NCBI RefSeq assembly: GCF_018350175.1
Contig: NC_058368.1
Coordinates: 207,888,001 to 207,952,000 of the forward strand
Direction: 5' to 3'
Origin: Felis catus
Lineage: Eukaryota
DNA length: 64,000 bases
This document shows positions 1 to 13,001 of this stretch, in pieces; position 1 is the stretch's first letter; each line of letters begins with the position of its first letter. A program made the translations under genes and the position numbers. The notes beneath the pieces were generated by a model. That model searched no databases, was not told the DNA's origin, and was given only the letters and a program-made list of their open reading frames with translations.

Positions 1-569
1 CCCCGGCCATGTGCCCCTCTTCATCTCTTCTCACCTTCTCAGAAATGCCAGTCACTCAAATATCTCCTGTTCCATTGTGTCCCCTTCTGTATGACCACCG
101 GTGTATAAAACTCCTCAGGTGTCCCGCATTGTAAGCCAACTCGCCATCCTCCCCATGCTTCCCTCCAGCCCACTCTGGACCTGCTCCTCCACGGTCAGCC
201 TCCCTGAAGGAGCTGCCCCTTTCTAAGCACTCGGCCCCATTGCTCCTGCTCACTCGGCCCACTGCCGTCACTGAAAACTGCCACCAGCAACGTCACCCAC
301 ACCGTGTAGCCCGGGCATAGGAGCGCTCTTAAAGGTCCTCAGGTGATTCTAATGTGTAACCATGGTTGAGAACCAGCGTTTGCGGGTTAGGAACCATCAG
401 TTAGGCTTTCCATTTGTTCCTGAGTAGTTTGGAGGTTATAGTTTTGAGAAATCTAGTCTATCTTATCAAAGTTGTTACTAATGTTGTTCTCTCTCTCTCT
501 CTCTTACTATCTTTTTATTTTAATCTCTGTTTTTCTTGTGTGTGTTCTCTTGCAACAGTTGGATGTGAT

Positions 570-765
570 GTGAAGAGGGCGGTCCCTGGAGCCACGCTGT
601 CAGGTTGGAATTCTGGCTCTATCGCTAACTGGCTTGATGACCTTGCGTGGGTTCTTTAAACTAAATGTGCCTCAGGTTCCTCATCTGTGAAGTGGGAATA
701 AGACTAATACACATTTCAAAGGACTGAGTTGAGGGCTAGATGAATATGTAGACTACTTAGAATAT
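570..765 (+). mobile_element. MIR SINE fragment
   Basis: MIR core-like gcctcaggttcctcatctgtgaagtggg. Confidence 0.6.
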
Positions 766-1128
766 GACTAAAATGCAGATTTAATTCTATTACCAGTATT
801 AAACTAATCACTAGGCTACTCACGGGTTAATGTGTTATCAGTTTGACTTAATAAATTTGCATAAACACTTAACATTCCTGTTCTATTGGCAGGAATTTCA
901 GATACTCTGGCAGGGTATATAGGTTGAGAGAGAGCCAAATGCCTTTGCTTTAGAACCTGCCTATAGTTCAAATGAAGCATAAGAAACTGGAGGAATCTAC
1001 TCTAAATCTTAATTATAAAAAAATTAATTTATCAAAATTAAGAGATATTGAAGACATATTTATCCATAATCTCATTACTCAAATGAAGACCCAATTTTAC
1101 TTTTCCATATTTCACCCCCTCTCTACAT

Positions 1129-1348
1129 CAGGCATCTTCGGACTATAGCCCTGGGCCAACTCCAGCCTGCCATCTGTTTTTGTAAATAAAGTTTTATTAG
1201 AACACAACCATTCTCATTTGTCTACATATTGCTTAGGACTGCTTTCATGTTAAAATAGCACAGCTGAATAGTCCTAAGACCACCAAGGTCTGTAAAGCCT
1301 AAAATATTTCCTATTTTGCCCTTTACAGAAAAGCTTCCCAACCTCTGT
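1129..1348. mobile_element. MER58-like hAT-Charlie DNA transposon
   Basis: Characteristic tgtttttgtaaataaagttttattagaacaca...gccctttacagaaaa with degenerate TIRs. Confidence 0.7.
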
Positions 1349-1692
1349 TCTAGATGCATACACGTTTTGTCCTATTCTAATAACAACATGTGCAATTTAT
1401 GTCCTGCCGTGTTTTCTTAGCATTGCCTGTGTCACATGTTTGGAAAATGAATATGAAGGTGTCTGAACTTGCCTAATTACCTCAATGAGCAAATTCTGAG
1501 GCAAAACCATAGATGTCTATCTCCTGGTGGCAAGTTTCACACCCACAGTTTTTAGTTCCAAGGGAAGACAAAGAAAAACAATGTCCTTTTTCTACCCAGT
1601 CTCCTCAAAAGAGACTTCCACTATTTGACTATTGATCCCCAAATAATATTAAATATGAAACACTTTAATTCTTTTATCACCTCACTCCTTAC

Positions 1693-1864
1693 CATCTACC
1701 TCCTCCCACGAAGTCCAATTGCTCCAGAACCTCAGCTCGGGGACCTGGGCGTCATCCACCGCACCCCTCATTCTTACAGAGTGTTTTGCACATTCCAAAG
1801 GAAGCTTGGATTCCCAGCTCCAACGCAGAACTTGGTTCCGCTTCACAGTGGTGCTATAGTTCTC
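1693..1864 (-). CDS. OSMR: OSMR exon 4 (172 nt), N-terminal FNIII/half cytokine-binding module ending in WSXWS-like WSNWT
   Basis: Acceptor ttctctttatttctag|GAGAAC, donor GATG|gtaagg; phase 0 start matches the end of exon 3; translates ENYSTT...[12 protein letters not shown]. Not shown in the ORF track. Confidence 0.95.
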
Positions 1865-2237
1865 CTAGAAATAAAGAGAAAAACTTGGAAACATGGAGCG
1901 ATGCTGCCCTGGAAAATGGCTTGACCAGTTACCCCAAAGCGCACGCCTGAGAGCCCACCGAAGCTCCCAACACGCGCAAGCGTAGTTCATTCCCAGTCAG
2001 CCAGTCACCCCTGCTCCAATGTCTCAGCAGCACCTGCCGCAGCCTCCTGTCCTTTGAGAACTCAGCTCCCGTGCCCTATGGCTCATGTGGAAGAAGTGAG
2101 AGAAAACTGACGCTACTTACGTCTTAGGGGAAGAGAGCAGAGTCAGAAGGTAGGCACCGTGCTTGTCACACAGGCCTGCTGAGAAAAAGTTTTGCAAACT
2201 AGAGAATTGAGTCATTCTTCAAAAATAAGGAAGACCA

Positions 2238-2480
2238 GGGGCGTCCGGGCGGCTCAGTCAGTTAAGCTTCTGACTTCGGCTCAGGTCATGTCATAGCTTG
2301 TGAGTTCGAGACTCCCCCCCACCCCACCCCCCACCCCCCTGCAGTCAGGCTCTGTGCTGACAGCTCAGAGCCTGGAGCCTGTTTCGGATTCTGTGTCTCC
2401 TCTCTCTTTGCTCCTCCCCCACTCACACACTCTCTCTCTGTCTCAAAAATAAAATAAGCAATACAAAATTAAAAAGTAGA
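2238..2480 (+). mobile_element. SINEC (felid) with internal C-rich insertion
   Basis: ggggcgtccgggcggctcagtcagttaag head, CT-rich body, A tail. Confidence 0.9.
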
Positions 2481-3615
2481 ATTAAAAAGGATAAGCAAGA
2501 CTAATGAGTATTTTTTCAACATTCATTTTTAGCCAGGGTCGGATCATGTCGGCCAAATCTCAGTAGAGAGGGCAGCCCTTCATGGCACCCAGGGGTTCCA
2601 CTGTCAGAAGCCAGTAGATGGATCTCCATGAGGCCCATGGGCTTTGTTTGTCTGTTTTCTGTTTCGTTTGGTTTGGTCCCTTATCTTTGTAGACCTGGTG
2701 GCCACAGGCACTGGATCCTCTCCTTTGAGCTCCATCTGTCAGAATGTCAACCACACAGGAATGTCTTCCACTGTGGGAAGCCTGCCCACATGGAACTACA
2801 ACTGGTCTTCCCCCACAGCCTTTAAATCTTGACCTTTCTAAATTACTGGTATTTTCATTCTCTAATTCCATAGGCTTCTATGGCTCCTGTAAACCATCTA
2901 CAGCCATGTATATTCTGACCCCAAACTACCTCTCCCTTGCAGGAATCTCTCTGGACACAGTGCTCTACCTCGCACTTTGGGAATAGCTTTACACTTTTCC
3001 ACCTCAGCGTTTCCTCACACAGGGCCCCTGACTCTCCCTGCACACTCTGCAGGCACAGGACGCACCCAACCCCACCTCTCCTGGAGCCCTCCTGTACACT
3101 GTGTGTAGCTGCTGGTACTTCATCTGTCCTTGTGTCCCTGGCTCGAGCGTGGCCCCAAGACCGCAGGGACTGGGCTTTATTCTTGTTCACATCCCACACG
3201 GCTCTGGGCACGCATGCTCCTCAGTGGGCCCCTCCAGGACACCGGCTCTCGGCCCCCACAGCTGGGTGACGGGACAACAAACACCTGTGCTTCCTGGGGA
3301 AAACTAAACCCCCATGTCTAAGGGCCAAGTGCAAGCCCTACAATCAAGAGGATGGGGCAACATGCATGTCACACACAACCTGGAGCTGGCAGACCTTGAG
3401 GCCTGCCCTCCACTGATGCCTTCTTCTCTTCCCAGGCTGCCAACCTTAACCATCACCCTGGGCAGAAGCCAACCCAGCCCTGGGGTGAGAGTACCTCAGT
3501 CCACCTGGGCGGCACCCAAGGGTGACCGTGCTCATCCTCTATGCAGGACTGGTGAGTTACGGAATGTTTCTATCTCGGTTTATTGGATTGTTTTATCTCT
3601 AAACTACAAAATATA

Positions 3616-4021
3616 TTTTTTATTTTTTATTTTTATTTTTTGTGATTTATTTATTTTTCAGAGACAGAGACAGAGTGTGAAGGGGAAGGGGCAGAGAGAG
3701 AGGGAGACACAGAATCTGAAGCAGGTTCCAGGCTCTGAGCTGTCAGCACAGAGCCCGACATGGGGTTTGAACTCACAAACCGTGAGATCATGACCTGAGC
3801 TGAAGTTGGACGCTTAACTGACTGAGCCACCCAGACACCCCTATTTTTTATTTTTTTCTAAAGCTTATTTATGTATTTGGCGGGGGGGGGGGGGCAGATA
3901 GAGAGAGGGAAAGAGAGAATCCCAAGCAGTCTCTGCTCTGTCAGCACAGAGCCGGACACGGGCCTCAAACTCACGAACCACAAGATCATGACCTTACCTG
4001 ATTGAACCATCCAGGAGCCCC
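3616..4021 (-). mobile_element. Two adjacent SINEC copies (about 3616-3841 and 3843-4021)
   Basis: Two reverse-complement SINEC bodies, each ending in a gagccacccag...cccc-like head. Confidence 0.85.
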
Positions 4022-5711
4022 TAAAAAAATATTTTTTAAATATAACTTCTCAGGTCCTGATCTATGCAACTTCTACTATTTAATATGAGCAGCCTTGAGT
4101 GTATTTAGATTAAATATTGTTTAAGAGCAAATACCAAAAACAAAACAACAAGATTGTATCGATAATGGAGACCCTGCTGTCAACAGGCCACAGTCTGGAT
4201 TTTACCTCCTTCTCTTTGAGATTTAGCCTCTTTTGTCGTCTCCACTGTCCCCAGCCACTCCACGCACCTCTCTGCTGGACCCACCCCACAGCCCGCTTCA
4301 TACGGGTCACACTCCGCCTCTTCCAGCTTCCCCACCCGCAGCCAGCGTGGACTTTTCAAACACGTCCAACCAGATCCTGTCATTCCTCTCCTTATGGCTG
4401 TCAGGATAAAACAGGAGAAGTGACCATGACCCCCAGTGTCTGGTGAGGCCCACCCCTGGGTCACGTCCACCCCCATGTGCTGTTTTCAGGCCTGGGAGCT
4501 CACAGCCCTTCCCTCTGGGCCTTGGCTCACACCTGTGGGCTCTTCCCAGAACATTCTTCTCCACCCTCCCTTCAACACTAGCTTCTAATCCTCTCTCTTA
4601 TTTTGGCTCAAACCATTCTTTTTCAAGTTGCTGGAGAAGGTCCGGCCTAATCCCAACCCCTCAGCGACTTTGTCAGCTGCCAGCATGGCGCTTCCCACAT
4701 TTAGGACACCCTTGTTCCTGCGTTTACCTCCTCATTCCCGCTCAGCGCTCACAGACCTGTGCCTTGAATTAATGGCTGGACCCAGGCTCCCAGTCTCCAA
4801 CGACGCGCTGAATGATCTCATCCCTTCATTAACATGCTGTGGGCTCTATTTCTTTCAGACGCTACTTGTGTGGGTTCTGTCTAACCACAATTTGTACTGT
4901 GTGCTGTTTAAAGACTCGCAATGCAGGAGATAAAATTTTCCTTGAATGCATCAATTCAGTGATTACAAAAAAAAAAAAAAAAAAAAAAAAGTGATGAACT
5001 GTGTTTGGGCTGTTTTCACCAATTGAAGTGGCAAGTTTCATTCGGCCCCGGCAGACACCAGTAAGTCACAAGAAACTGGCACACGCGTCGATACGGAAGT
5101 CCAACTGAGGCCACCGACTGGCTCCTGAGGTGCTCGCGGAGCCCCGGCCAACGGCTCCGGGCCTCCTTCTGGGCTGGAGCTACTACCCGACTCTGCCTTC
5201 TGCCACTGCCGGGACCATAAAGCAAGTGGCTGGATGGGCCGAGGGCAGAGCCCGGCCCAGGGGAGACCATGTAGAGCCCGTGGCCGCCAGCAAGGCTCCG
5301 AGTGGCCCGCGCCCTCTGGGAGGTGGCTCAGGGGCCCTGGCCCAGCTGTGAGCACTTGGGGCAGGCGGCTCTTGCTAGGCCTGTTTAGGAACAGGACCAT
5401 CTGAGGCACGAGTCCTAAAAGCTGCTCCTTCTGCGCATGAGTGAAAGTGTCCCATCAGGCTTGCATTACAGGGAACGGCCTTACGAAAGGGAGACGGCGC
5501 TCGAGACAGAAGCAGACCCCCTTGGCTGGCTTTCTTCCCCTGCACTGGAGGGGGAACCTCATGTCTTTCCTTGACTTTAGGCCTGCGAGGTTCAGACAAG
5601 GGCTTCTCACGGCACTGCTGTGGGACACAACGGCCGCTGACGTCCTGGGGACTGCGTGTGGCCATCATCGCTGACCGGGCACGTGGGTGAAGGAGGGCAC
5701 TGCACTGACTC

Positions 5712-5869
5712 TGTCACCTTGAATAGACCTCTCTAGGCCTCTCTAGGCCTTGGTTTTCTCCTCCCCGCCCCCCCCACCCCGGTCAGGCTTGTCACCTTGA
5801 ATAGACCTCTCAAGGCCTCTCTAGGCCTTGGTTTTCTCCTCCCCCCCCCCCCCCCCCCCCGGTCAGGCT
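5712..5869. repeat. Tandem duplication, 2 copies of about 79 bp
   Basis: tgtcaccttgaatagacc...ggtcaggct at 5712-5789 and 5790-5869. Confidence 0.9.
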
Positions 5870-6489
5870 GAGCTGGGTGATATGGGGACAATACCTTGGA
5901 CAAAGATCTTGAGTCTTAGTAGTTACAGAAATAGGTTTCACAAGGTGCTTTACCCCGAGAAAAGAACTCTTACACGAATCAAAGGTGAAAACAGATATGA
6001 ACAACTGCCTGTTAGGAAAATAGAAAATGGAACCCAGTCCGTCTATGGTCAGTGTCACTTCTGCTAGTAGTGTGAGGTACTAGTTTTCCATAGATTCTTC
6101 CAGCATTTCTCCCGAATTTCTTTTTCTTAGACAATTAGTCTCAATATGACCTTTGCGTAATATTTTACTGGGTCTAAATCAACAACGAGTGAGTGTACCC
6201 ATCAAAGATATACAAATACAAAAATGATTAGCATGAGGTACAATAGTGGGAAGATGTACCGATGGTGGGCGGTGAGCAGCTGTCCATGAGCATTACTGTT
6301 GTTTAAAATCAGAACACCAACGAGCTTTCATTCTTGGTAGTTTCCCATGGACGTGTGGAATTGCAGACCTGGTATCAATCCTAAATTCACAGAGTCAGAG
6401 TTCTATTTAATTTAGGCCTCTCACTCAGATCTCAAATGCAATCACGAATATGGAAAGTAACTGGAGGCTTCAAAATTAGTGGCATTTAT

Positions 6490-6714
6490 GGGGCACCTGG
6501 GTGGCTCAGTCAGTTAAGTGTCCAACTTCGGCTCAGGTCATGATCTTGCGGTCTGTGGGTTCGAGCCTCGCTTCAGGCTCTGTGCTGACAGCTCAGAGCC
6601 TGGAGCCTGTTTCAGATTCTGTGTCTCCCTCTCTCTCTGCCCCTCCCCCCGCTTGGGCTCTGTCTCTGTCTCTCAAAAAAATAAGTGTAAAAAAAATTTT
6701 TTTTTAAATAACAT
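6490..6714 (+). mobile_element. SINEC with 18-bp TSD aaaattagtggcatttat
   Basis: TSD at 6472-6489 and 6715-6732. Confidence 0.92.
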
Positions 6715-7656
6715 AAAATTAGTGGCATTTATACTTTACTAAAGGAACTAACCATTCTGTACCCTGTACCCATGCCTCCACTGCCTGAGAGAAGATTGTC
6801 CTTCCACTGAGCAAATGGAGGTCCCCAGCAATGACACATCCCTGTGTTTCCCTTCAATTCAGGCAAATTCTCTGTTCCCCTTCAATGAGACAACATTCCA
6901 TTGTACTGTCTTTCAACATCCCATGATAATGAACGAGCATGATGTATGTATAGATTAATTAAGATTCCCTGGACCATAAATGGAAATTGAAAGAAACCAC
7001 CAAAGTGTCACAGTGCACTAGATGGAGAAGCATCAGCTAAATGGACACAACCATGATTTGAACGACAGCAAGTGAAAAATCTATTCCAAAGAATTCAAAG
7101 GCAAAGAGATTGTGAAAATAAGGATTCTCACAATTTAATCTGTTGTAGAAAAAGCCCCAAGTGAGGCAACAAAGAACATCCTGTGCTACTCTCCAACATG
7201 GTAGGTCCATGAAGAACCTCTTTCTTTACTGGATAGAAATGTATTTCAGCATGGTATGAGCAAAGAAACTGACAAGAAGAATGTTGCCAAAAAATTATAC
7301 CTTATTTAGGAAAATCTCTGGTGGACAGGGAAGAGGAAAGAGGTTGACCTTCATGGATTTTTGGAATCTAGTACTCATAAGGACAGCCCCAAGAGTCTTC
7401 TTAGGGGACAGGGCAGAAATGAAGAAATAATCTATTTTCTTAACACATCTCATCCAACCTACTGAACCAAAGATGTCATGTTACTTTGTCCTCTATCCTC
7501 TTAACTAAAAACACAGAAATGTAATTGTTTAGGAAAACCATTTTGTATTGCTAAGTGTTTCCATATTGGGATTTTTGCAAACGTTATAAAAGACAAATCA
7601 TGGTGTCAGAAAAGGAGTTTTAAAATGTTGAGCCAAAAAGACCAAAAAATACTTAC

Positions 7657-7829
7657 CACCCAGATGACATTAGATGTTTTAATTCTACTGATTTCTATCT
7701 GAAAAACCATTTTTAATTCCTGATGATAAGCAAGGTTGTGGACACTCCATTTTAAATGCAAACACTGACGTGCAGAATCGATGGAAACTTCCAGTGATTC
7801 AGGGGCCAATGACAAGGGTTCAGACAAGA
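7657..7829 (-). CDS. OSMR: OSMR exon 3 (173 nt)
   Basis: Acceptor ggtctttcag|TCTTGTCT, donor TGGGTG|gtaagt; lies within ORF 7606..7884; phase 1 start matches exon 2 (GAA G|TC = E-V). Confidence 0.96.
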
Positions 7830-8440
7830 CTGAAAGACCAAAACCAAGACATTTAATACAAACAATGAAATTTAATAGGAGCACAACTGAACAGTCACAG
7901 ATAATAAACTGGTCAATATCACCATTGTTTAGTTTTGGAAAATACTGCTCACATGTGCACCTTAGAATCAGACATCTTAAAAATCTGTAAGGGAATTTAG
8001 AAGCCAGTTGGTAGATGAAGAAATTAAGATCTAGATAAATGAAATGGCTTGCTCAAGAAGACACAACGAGTTACTAAACTGATAAACAGTAAAACAAAAG
8101 GATATTTTATTGGGCAATCCAACTGGTTTAGAAACTTCTAGCAAGGCCAAATAAAGCAAGAGGACTCTTCACTATAAATGTCATATTTATGGAAATCAAA
8201 AAGAATTCTCTCTCTGAAAGTCAATATTTTATAGTTTATTAAAAGACTATGAAGTGGGAGCACATCCTATCTCTAGACATGATTACTTACGTGTCGATGC
8301 ACTAAACTTAAAACACCTCTGGCAAGAATTTACTAAACTCTTTGGATGAGACCAGCAAGGCAGTTAGTGTGATGTAAAATAATTGTGACAACATTCTTAG
8401 CTCAAGGAGGGAACACAGCTGGAGAGGCACAAGGGGCTCA

Positions 8441-8675
8441 GAATAAGTAAATCCATGGAGAGATAAAGCAGATTGGCGATTGCTGGGGCTGAGGAAGGGA
8501 GGAATGCGAAATAACTGCTTAATGATTATAAGGCTTCCTTAGGAGGTGATAAAAATGTTCTCAAATTACAGAGGTGATGGTTGCATATTTTGAATATATT
8601 AAATATCACTGATTTGTTCATTTTAACCATAAAATAATTAATTTTATCTTACGTGAATTTCACTTCAATAAATTT
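8441..8675 (+). mobile_element. Old L1 (L1MB-like) 3' end fragment
   Basis: ggtgataaaaatgttctcaaatta...ggtgatggttgca...aataaa, typical of L1M 3'UTR. Confidence 0.65.
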
Positions 8676-8889
8676 TTTTTAATATATGTGATCATGATGA
8701 TGTTCAAATAATACAGAAATTGAGTCCCCACCAGGTCCATCCTACCCAATCCCTTCTCTCCCCATTGCCAAGTTTGAATCCTATGTTTTTCTTGACCTTT
8801 TTCATACACTTTTTAAAAATACACTGAACTATACATTCCATTTTGTACTTTTCAAAGTACTTATGTTATTTTTTAAAAAGCTATGGAGG

Positions 8890-9078
8890 GGGGTGCCTGG
8901 GTAGCTCAGTCAGTTGAGCGTCCAACTCTGATTTTGACTCAGGTCATGATCCCGGGGTCGTGGGATCAAGCTCTGCGTCGGGCTCCGTGCTGACAGCACA
9001 GAGCCTGCTTGGGATTCTCTTTCTCCTCTCTCTCTGCCCCTCTCCTCTGCCCCCCCCCCCCACTCTCTCTCTCTCTCT

Positions 9079-9109
<31 letters not shown>

Positions 9110-9113
9110 TTTT
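8890..9113 (+). mobile_element. SINEC
   Basis: Head, CT body and (AAAT)n tail. Confidence 0.9.
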
Positions 9114-9419
9114 AAAGAAAGCTATAAAGGGAGGTAAAACTACTCTATTTCTGGACAGAGAGGTTGAGTGATTTTAACTTGCTTTTTTATACTTTTCTGT
9201 ATTTTGTAAATGTTCTTCAGAAATATGCATTACTTTCAGAGCCATATGTTAGGTTTTAAAAGAAATATTTCTCTAAGATAACGGGTTCACTTCACTATGA
9301 TGACACTTTCAGAATGCATAATTTAGTCCTGTAAGTCACTTTGCACCAAAAGGCTGGGCACCAGTCACTTTTCCAGTTTTATTTCCCACTGAAAATTAAT
9401 AAATTGGTCTCTGATTCTT

Positions 9420-9645
9420 CTTTTTTAATGTTTACTTTTGAGAGAGAGAGAGAGAGACAGAGTGTGAATGGGGGAGGGGCAGAGAGAGAGAGAGAGAGAG
9501 GAAGACACGGAATCCGAAGCAGGCTCCAGGCTCTGAGCCATCAGCACAGAGCCTGAGCCTGACATGGGACTTGAACTCACAAACCATGAGATCATGACCT
9601 GAGCCAAAGTTGGACGCTTAACTGAGTGAGCCACCCAGGTGCCCC
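9420..9645 (-). mobile_element. SINEC
   Basis: Reverse-complement SINEC consensus. Confidence 0.9.
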
Positions 9646-10379
9646 AGGAAGGAGTATTTTTCATAACTGTGGCACCAGTAGCCCCGGGGAATGCCGGTGC
9701 CTGCTAAATCATCCCGTCTTTCCCAGCCCTCATCGCATCCTGTCTGCATAGTGGTTTGTTGCCGTCGGTCTCACACTCTAGATTCAAACTTCCTGGGGGG
9801 GAGAGGCTGAGGCGTAGGCATCTCTGAATGGACTCCTGTCCCCAGCACTTGGCACAACATCTTCTCCACAGCAGACGCTGACCTCAAATTAGAGAGACCC
9901 AGGATCTCCACAAGGGCTCAGGAGCATGACAAGCACTGGCTCACTAACACCTCTACTCGGCCTTGGCGTTCTCTTCTCTCCAGGGCTGCTTTTCTAAGCC
10001 CTTATTTGAGCACTGATTGCAGCGTGCGGAAATAGCCTCCTCTCCTGTGTCCCCACCAAGGACTGGGAGCTAAAGAAGGGTGTAACTGAGTCTTACTCAG
10101 CTCACTGAAACCAAGACCAGTAACGCACCTGTCACAGTGTAGACACCATGACCGCCTGCTGAATGAATGAGTCAACCACCAGCATCGACTCTTTTTCTGG
10201 AAGCTCTAGGAAGCTATCGCATGATGCTTTAGGCAAAAGAGGAACACTATATGGATGTATGCTATCAGTGAGTGTTGAGTGACTCAGGTAGTTGAGAGAC
10301 ATCAGTCAGAAATAATTTGATCAGAAGCAATTGAGGACTTCCTTGGGAAAGAGTGGGAAATGTCAAGGTAAAGTCAGAG

Positions 10380-10510
10380 AGATTAAGGGACCTCAGAGAT
10401 TCTTAAGTCCAACCCCATTATTTTCCAGATGAGGAAACTGAGGTTAAAAAAAGGGAAGGGACTTTCCCAAGGTCACACAACTAGAACAGAACTCAGAGTT
10501 CTTGGCCCTT
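10380..10510 (-). mobile_element. MIR fragment
   Basis: cagatgaggaaactgagg...cccaaggtcacaca. Confidence 0.65.
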
Positions 10511-12067
10511 GGCCCAGCTCTCTTTCTATAATGTGCACTGGAATGGGGCCAAGAAGGGCAGAGTTGGCGATCAGACAGGCCCGGGTTTCATCACAGACTC
10601 TCCTCCCACTTTCCCCACCCAGCTTCTCTGTCTGGCCCCAACACTACTTAAGAAAATAAACCATCATCCACTTACAAGTTGGGACATCACACAGCCATTA
10701 AATATAATGCTATTTCAGAGGAATATTTACCCTCAAAGGTAAAAACCCTCATCATAATGTTGTATTGTGTGAATAAGTATATAATAAAGTATGTATTACT
10801 AAAATATACATACTTCACCCATACATACTTTCATACTTTTCCTATATTTAAGAAATTATAGAACTTCCCAGCATACATACTTATACTATACACAATATAC
10901 ATACTTTATACATAGTTTAATAAGTATCTATATAGTATAAATACTCCCAGTATATATAGTACCAGTTTACTTCCATAAAAAATCTACGTATTTGCATCTC
11001 CATGTTGGTCTGTATATATTTGCACGAGAGAAAAGAAGAAAATACAACCAAATGCTAGAGTCGCGATCTCTGACTGAAGCAGACATAACCCAGGGCTAAC
11101 TGGAAGTGAGTCTGGGCTCTGTCTCATTGTTCGGGAGAAGCTAGGTCGTCTGCACCAGAGTCTCAGACCCGAGCCTGGCTGGGTCATCGGGTGGGAGATT
11201 TAGCAGGTACTTGGCAGATGCAGCAAAAACCGAGACAAGAAATCCAAGCAGTGTAGGTGGGGACAGGAGCAGGAAGCTGGCAGAGCAGGCGAGCTGAGCT
11301 GAGAAAGCTGGAAACACAAATAAAGACTGGTGGAGAGAGAAAGAGGTACATGCATGTCTGATCTAAATAAAAGAGGCTGGAAGTGTGTTTTCTTCACCAG
11401 AGTCTCCTCCGAGAACAGAGTGTGTTGTAAATGGAAGGCACACAGTCTGTTGTCGTTGGATCAGATAATGAGACTTCACGAGGGAAGTGAGCTGTGCCAA
11501 AAGCCTGGAATTAAATGCCTAGGATTTCCTGGAGAGCCTGGAGTGGGGGTGTGGTTCTGTCTGGGAACCAGGGGCTCTAGCTGGGCCTGAACCTTCCTAT
11601 GGTACGGACCACCCACTCAGTCCAGTTGTGTCACGTTTAGCAAGTAAGATAGAGTGAGGGGGACACAGACTACAAATGAGAAGTCCTAATTCCTGTCTTT
11701 CAGCTCCAGATTATGGGGGATTATCAATAAACTATGAATTTTAAGAAGTCAGAAAAGTAGCATCTTCTCATGTAGCGTGAACCTCAAAGAAACAGACCCA
11801 GACCCAAAGAATATCAGAGAACTGAGCTATTATCAGAACAAAATCTCCTTTTTATTTCTAAACATCTTTTCACGGAGTTTTAAAGGAAATAGAAAAATTC
11901 TATGGGTATTTCTTGCAAACATCATTTTCATGAATCGATGGAAAAGAACTGTGTGAATAATCACTCAGAGCATATGCCTGTACTTTGTGTTACGAAGGAA
12001 GTATAGCAAATAAACCCAGAATGAGGAAAATGTAAAGCTTTGTAAAATATAGGTGAAAGCAACACAT

Positions 12068-12274
12068 ATTTTTTAATGTTTATTTATTTTTGAGAGAGGG
12101 AGACAGAGAGAGAATGAGAAACAGAGAGAGAGACAGAGCATGAGCAGGGAAGGGACAGAGAGAGGGAGACACAGAATCCAAACCAGGCTCCAGGCTCTGA
12201 GCTGTCAGCACAGAGCCCAACACGGCTCAAGAAGTCGGACGGACGCTTAACTGACTGAACCCCTCAGGCACCCC
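12068..12274 (-). mobile_element. SINEC with internal deletion
   Basis: Reverse-complement SINEC lacking the segment around the B box. Confidence 0.85.
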
Positions 12275-12928
12275 AACAAATGTTATAAACCAATAGACTC
12301 GCTCACGCTTGAGTGTCAAGCTAGTTCAAAGTAATATACGAAGTATTTATAAACATCCTACAAGTGTTGAATTCTTACTGACGAGATTTACAAAGTTGGT
12401 ATTTTGAAAACCCCTTCATTGGGAGATTAGCTAAGTAACAAACACCATTTCTTCATCCATAAACAGAATTTCTTTACTTAGCATACTGTCTTGCAGCAAA
12501 GCGCTGCTCCATGAATGCAGCTGAAGGACATCACAACTTGTTCTAACCTAGTGGCCAACACTGGGCTAGTGTGCCCCGTCTCCACACGGCAAGGCGCAGA
12601 AGGAATTTCTCTGGCAATGGCCACGTAGAGTGTCTATACCACGAAGTTCTGCCAGATTAGATCCACTCACAAGTGCCTCGATGACCAGTGCACTGACCAG
12701 GAAGTCAGGGTCACGGTGTGGCTGATTACAATGAGCAATGAAGACCAGGATAGTCAAGACTAAGGAAACCATTACTCCTCACCAATTCCAAGTGATGGAG
12801 TGAACGGCTCACCAGTTCCAGGTAATTGCCAAAGAAAAGAAGACTTGTTCCACTTTTCTCCAAAGCACCAATTACCTTGGTTTTATGTGTTTTTTTTTTT
12901 TTTCTTTACCATTCTTTCCACTTCTTAC

Positions 12929-13001
12929 CTTCACTCTGGTAAGTTTTCAAGGACAGCAATGCCAAGAGGAATGTTGTCTGAAAGGCTGAAAAGAGAGCCA
13001 T
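12929..13001 (-). CDS. OSMR: OSMR exon 2 coding part (73 nt): start codon and signal peptide MALFSAFQTTFLLALLSLKTYQSE; the exon begins at 13014 with 13 nt of 5'UTR
   Basis: Acceptor tttatctttttcag|AAAACCAGAACCT-ATG, donor GAAG|gtaaga; hydrophobic leader. Confidence 0.95.

Noticed and set aside
4967..4990. Poly(A) run as the tail of a processed pseudogene
   Set aside because: No recognisable upstream coding remnant or TSD; the upstream DNA looks like a degenerate L2 end.
7606..7884. 92-aa ORF as a stand-alone gene or intron-readthrough isoform
   Set aside because: Only 7657-7829 is exon, bounded by consensus splice sites; the flanking residues are intronic and nothing supports retention.
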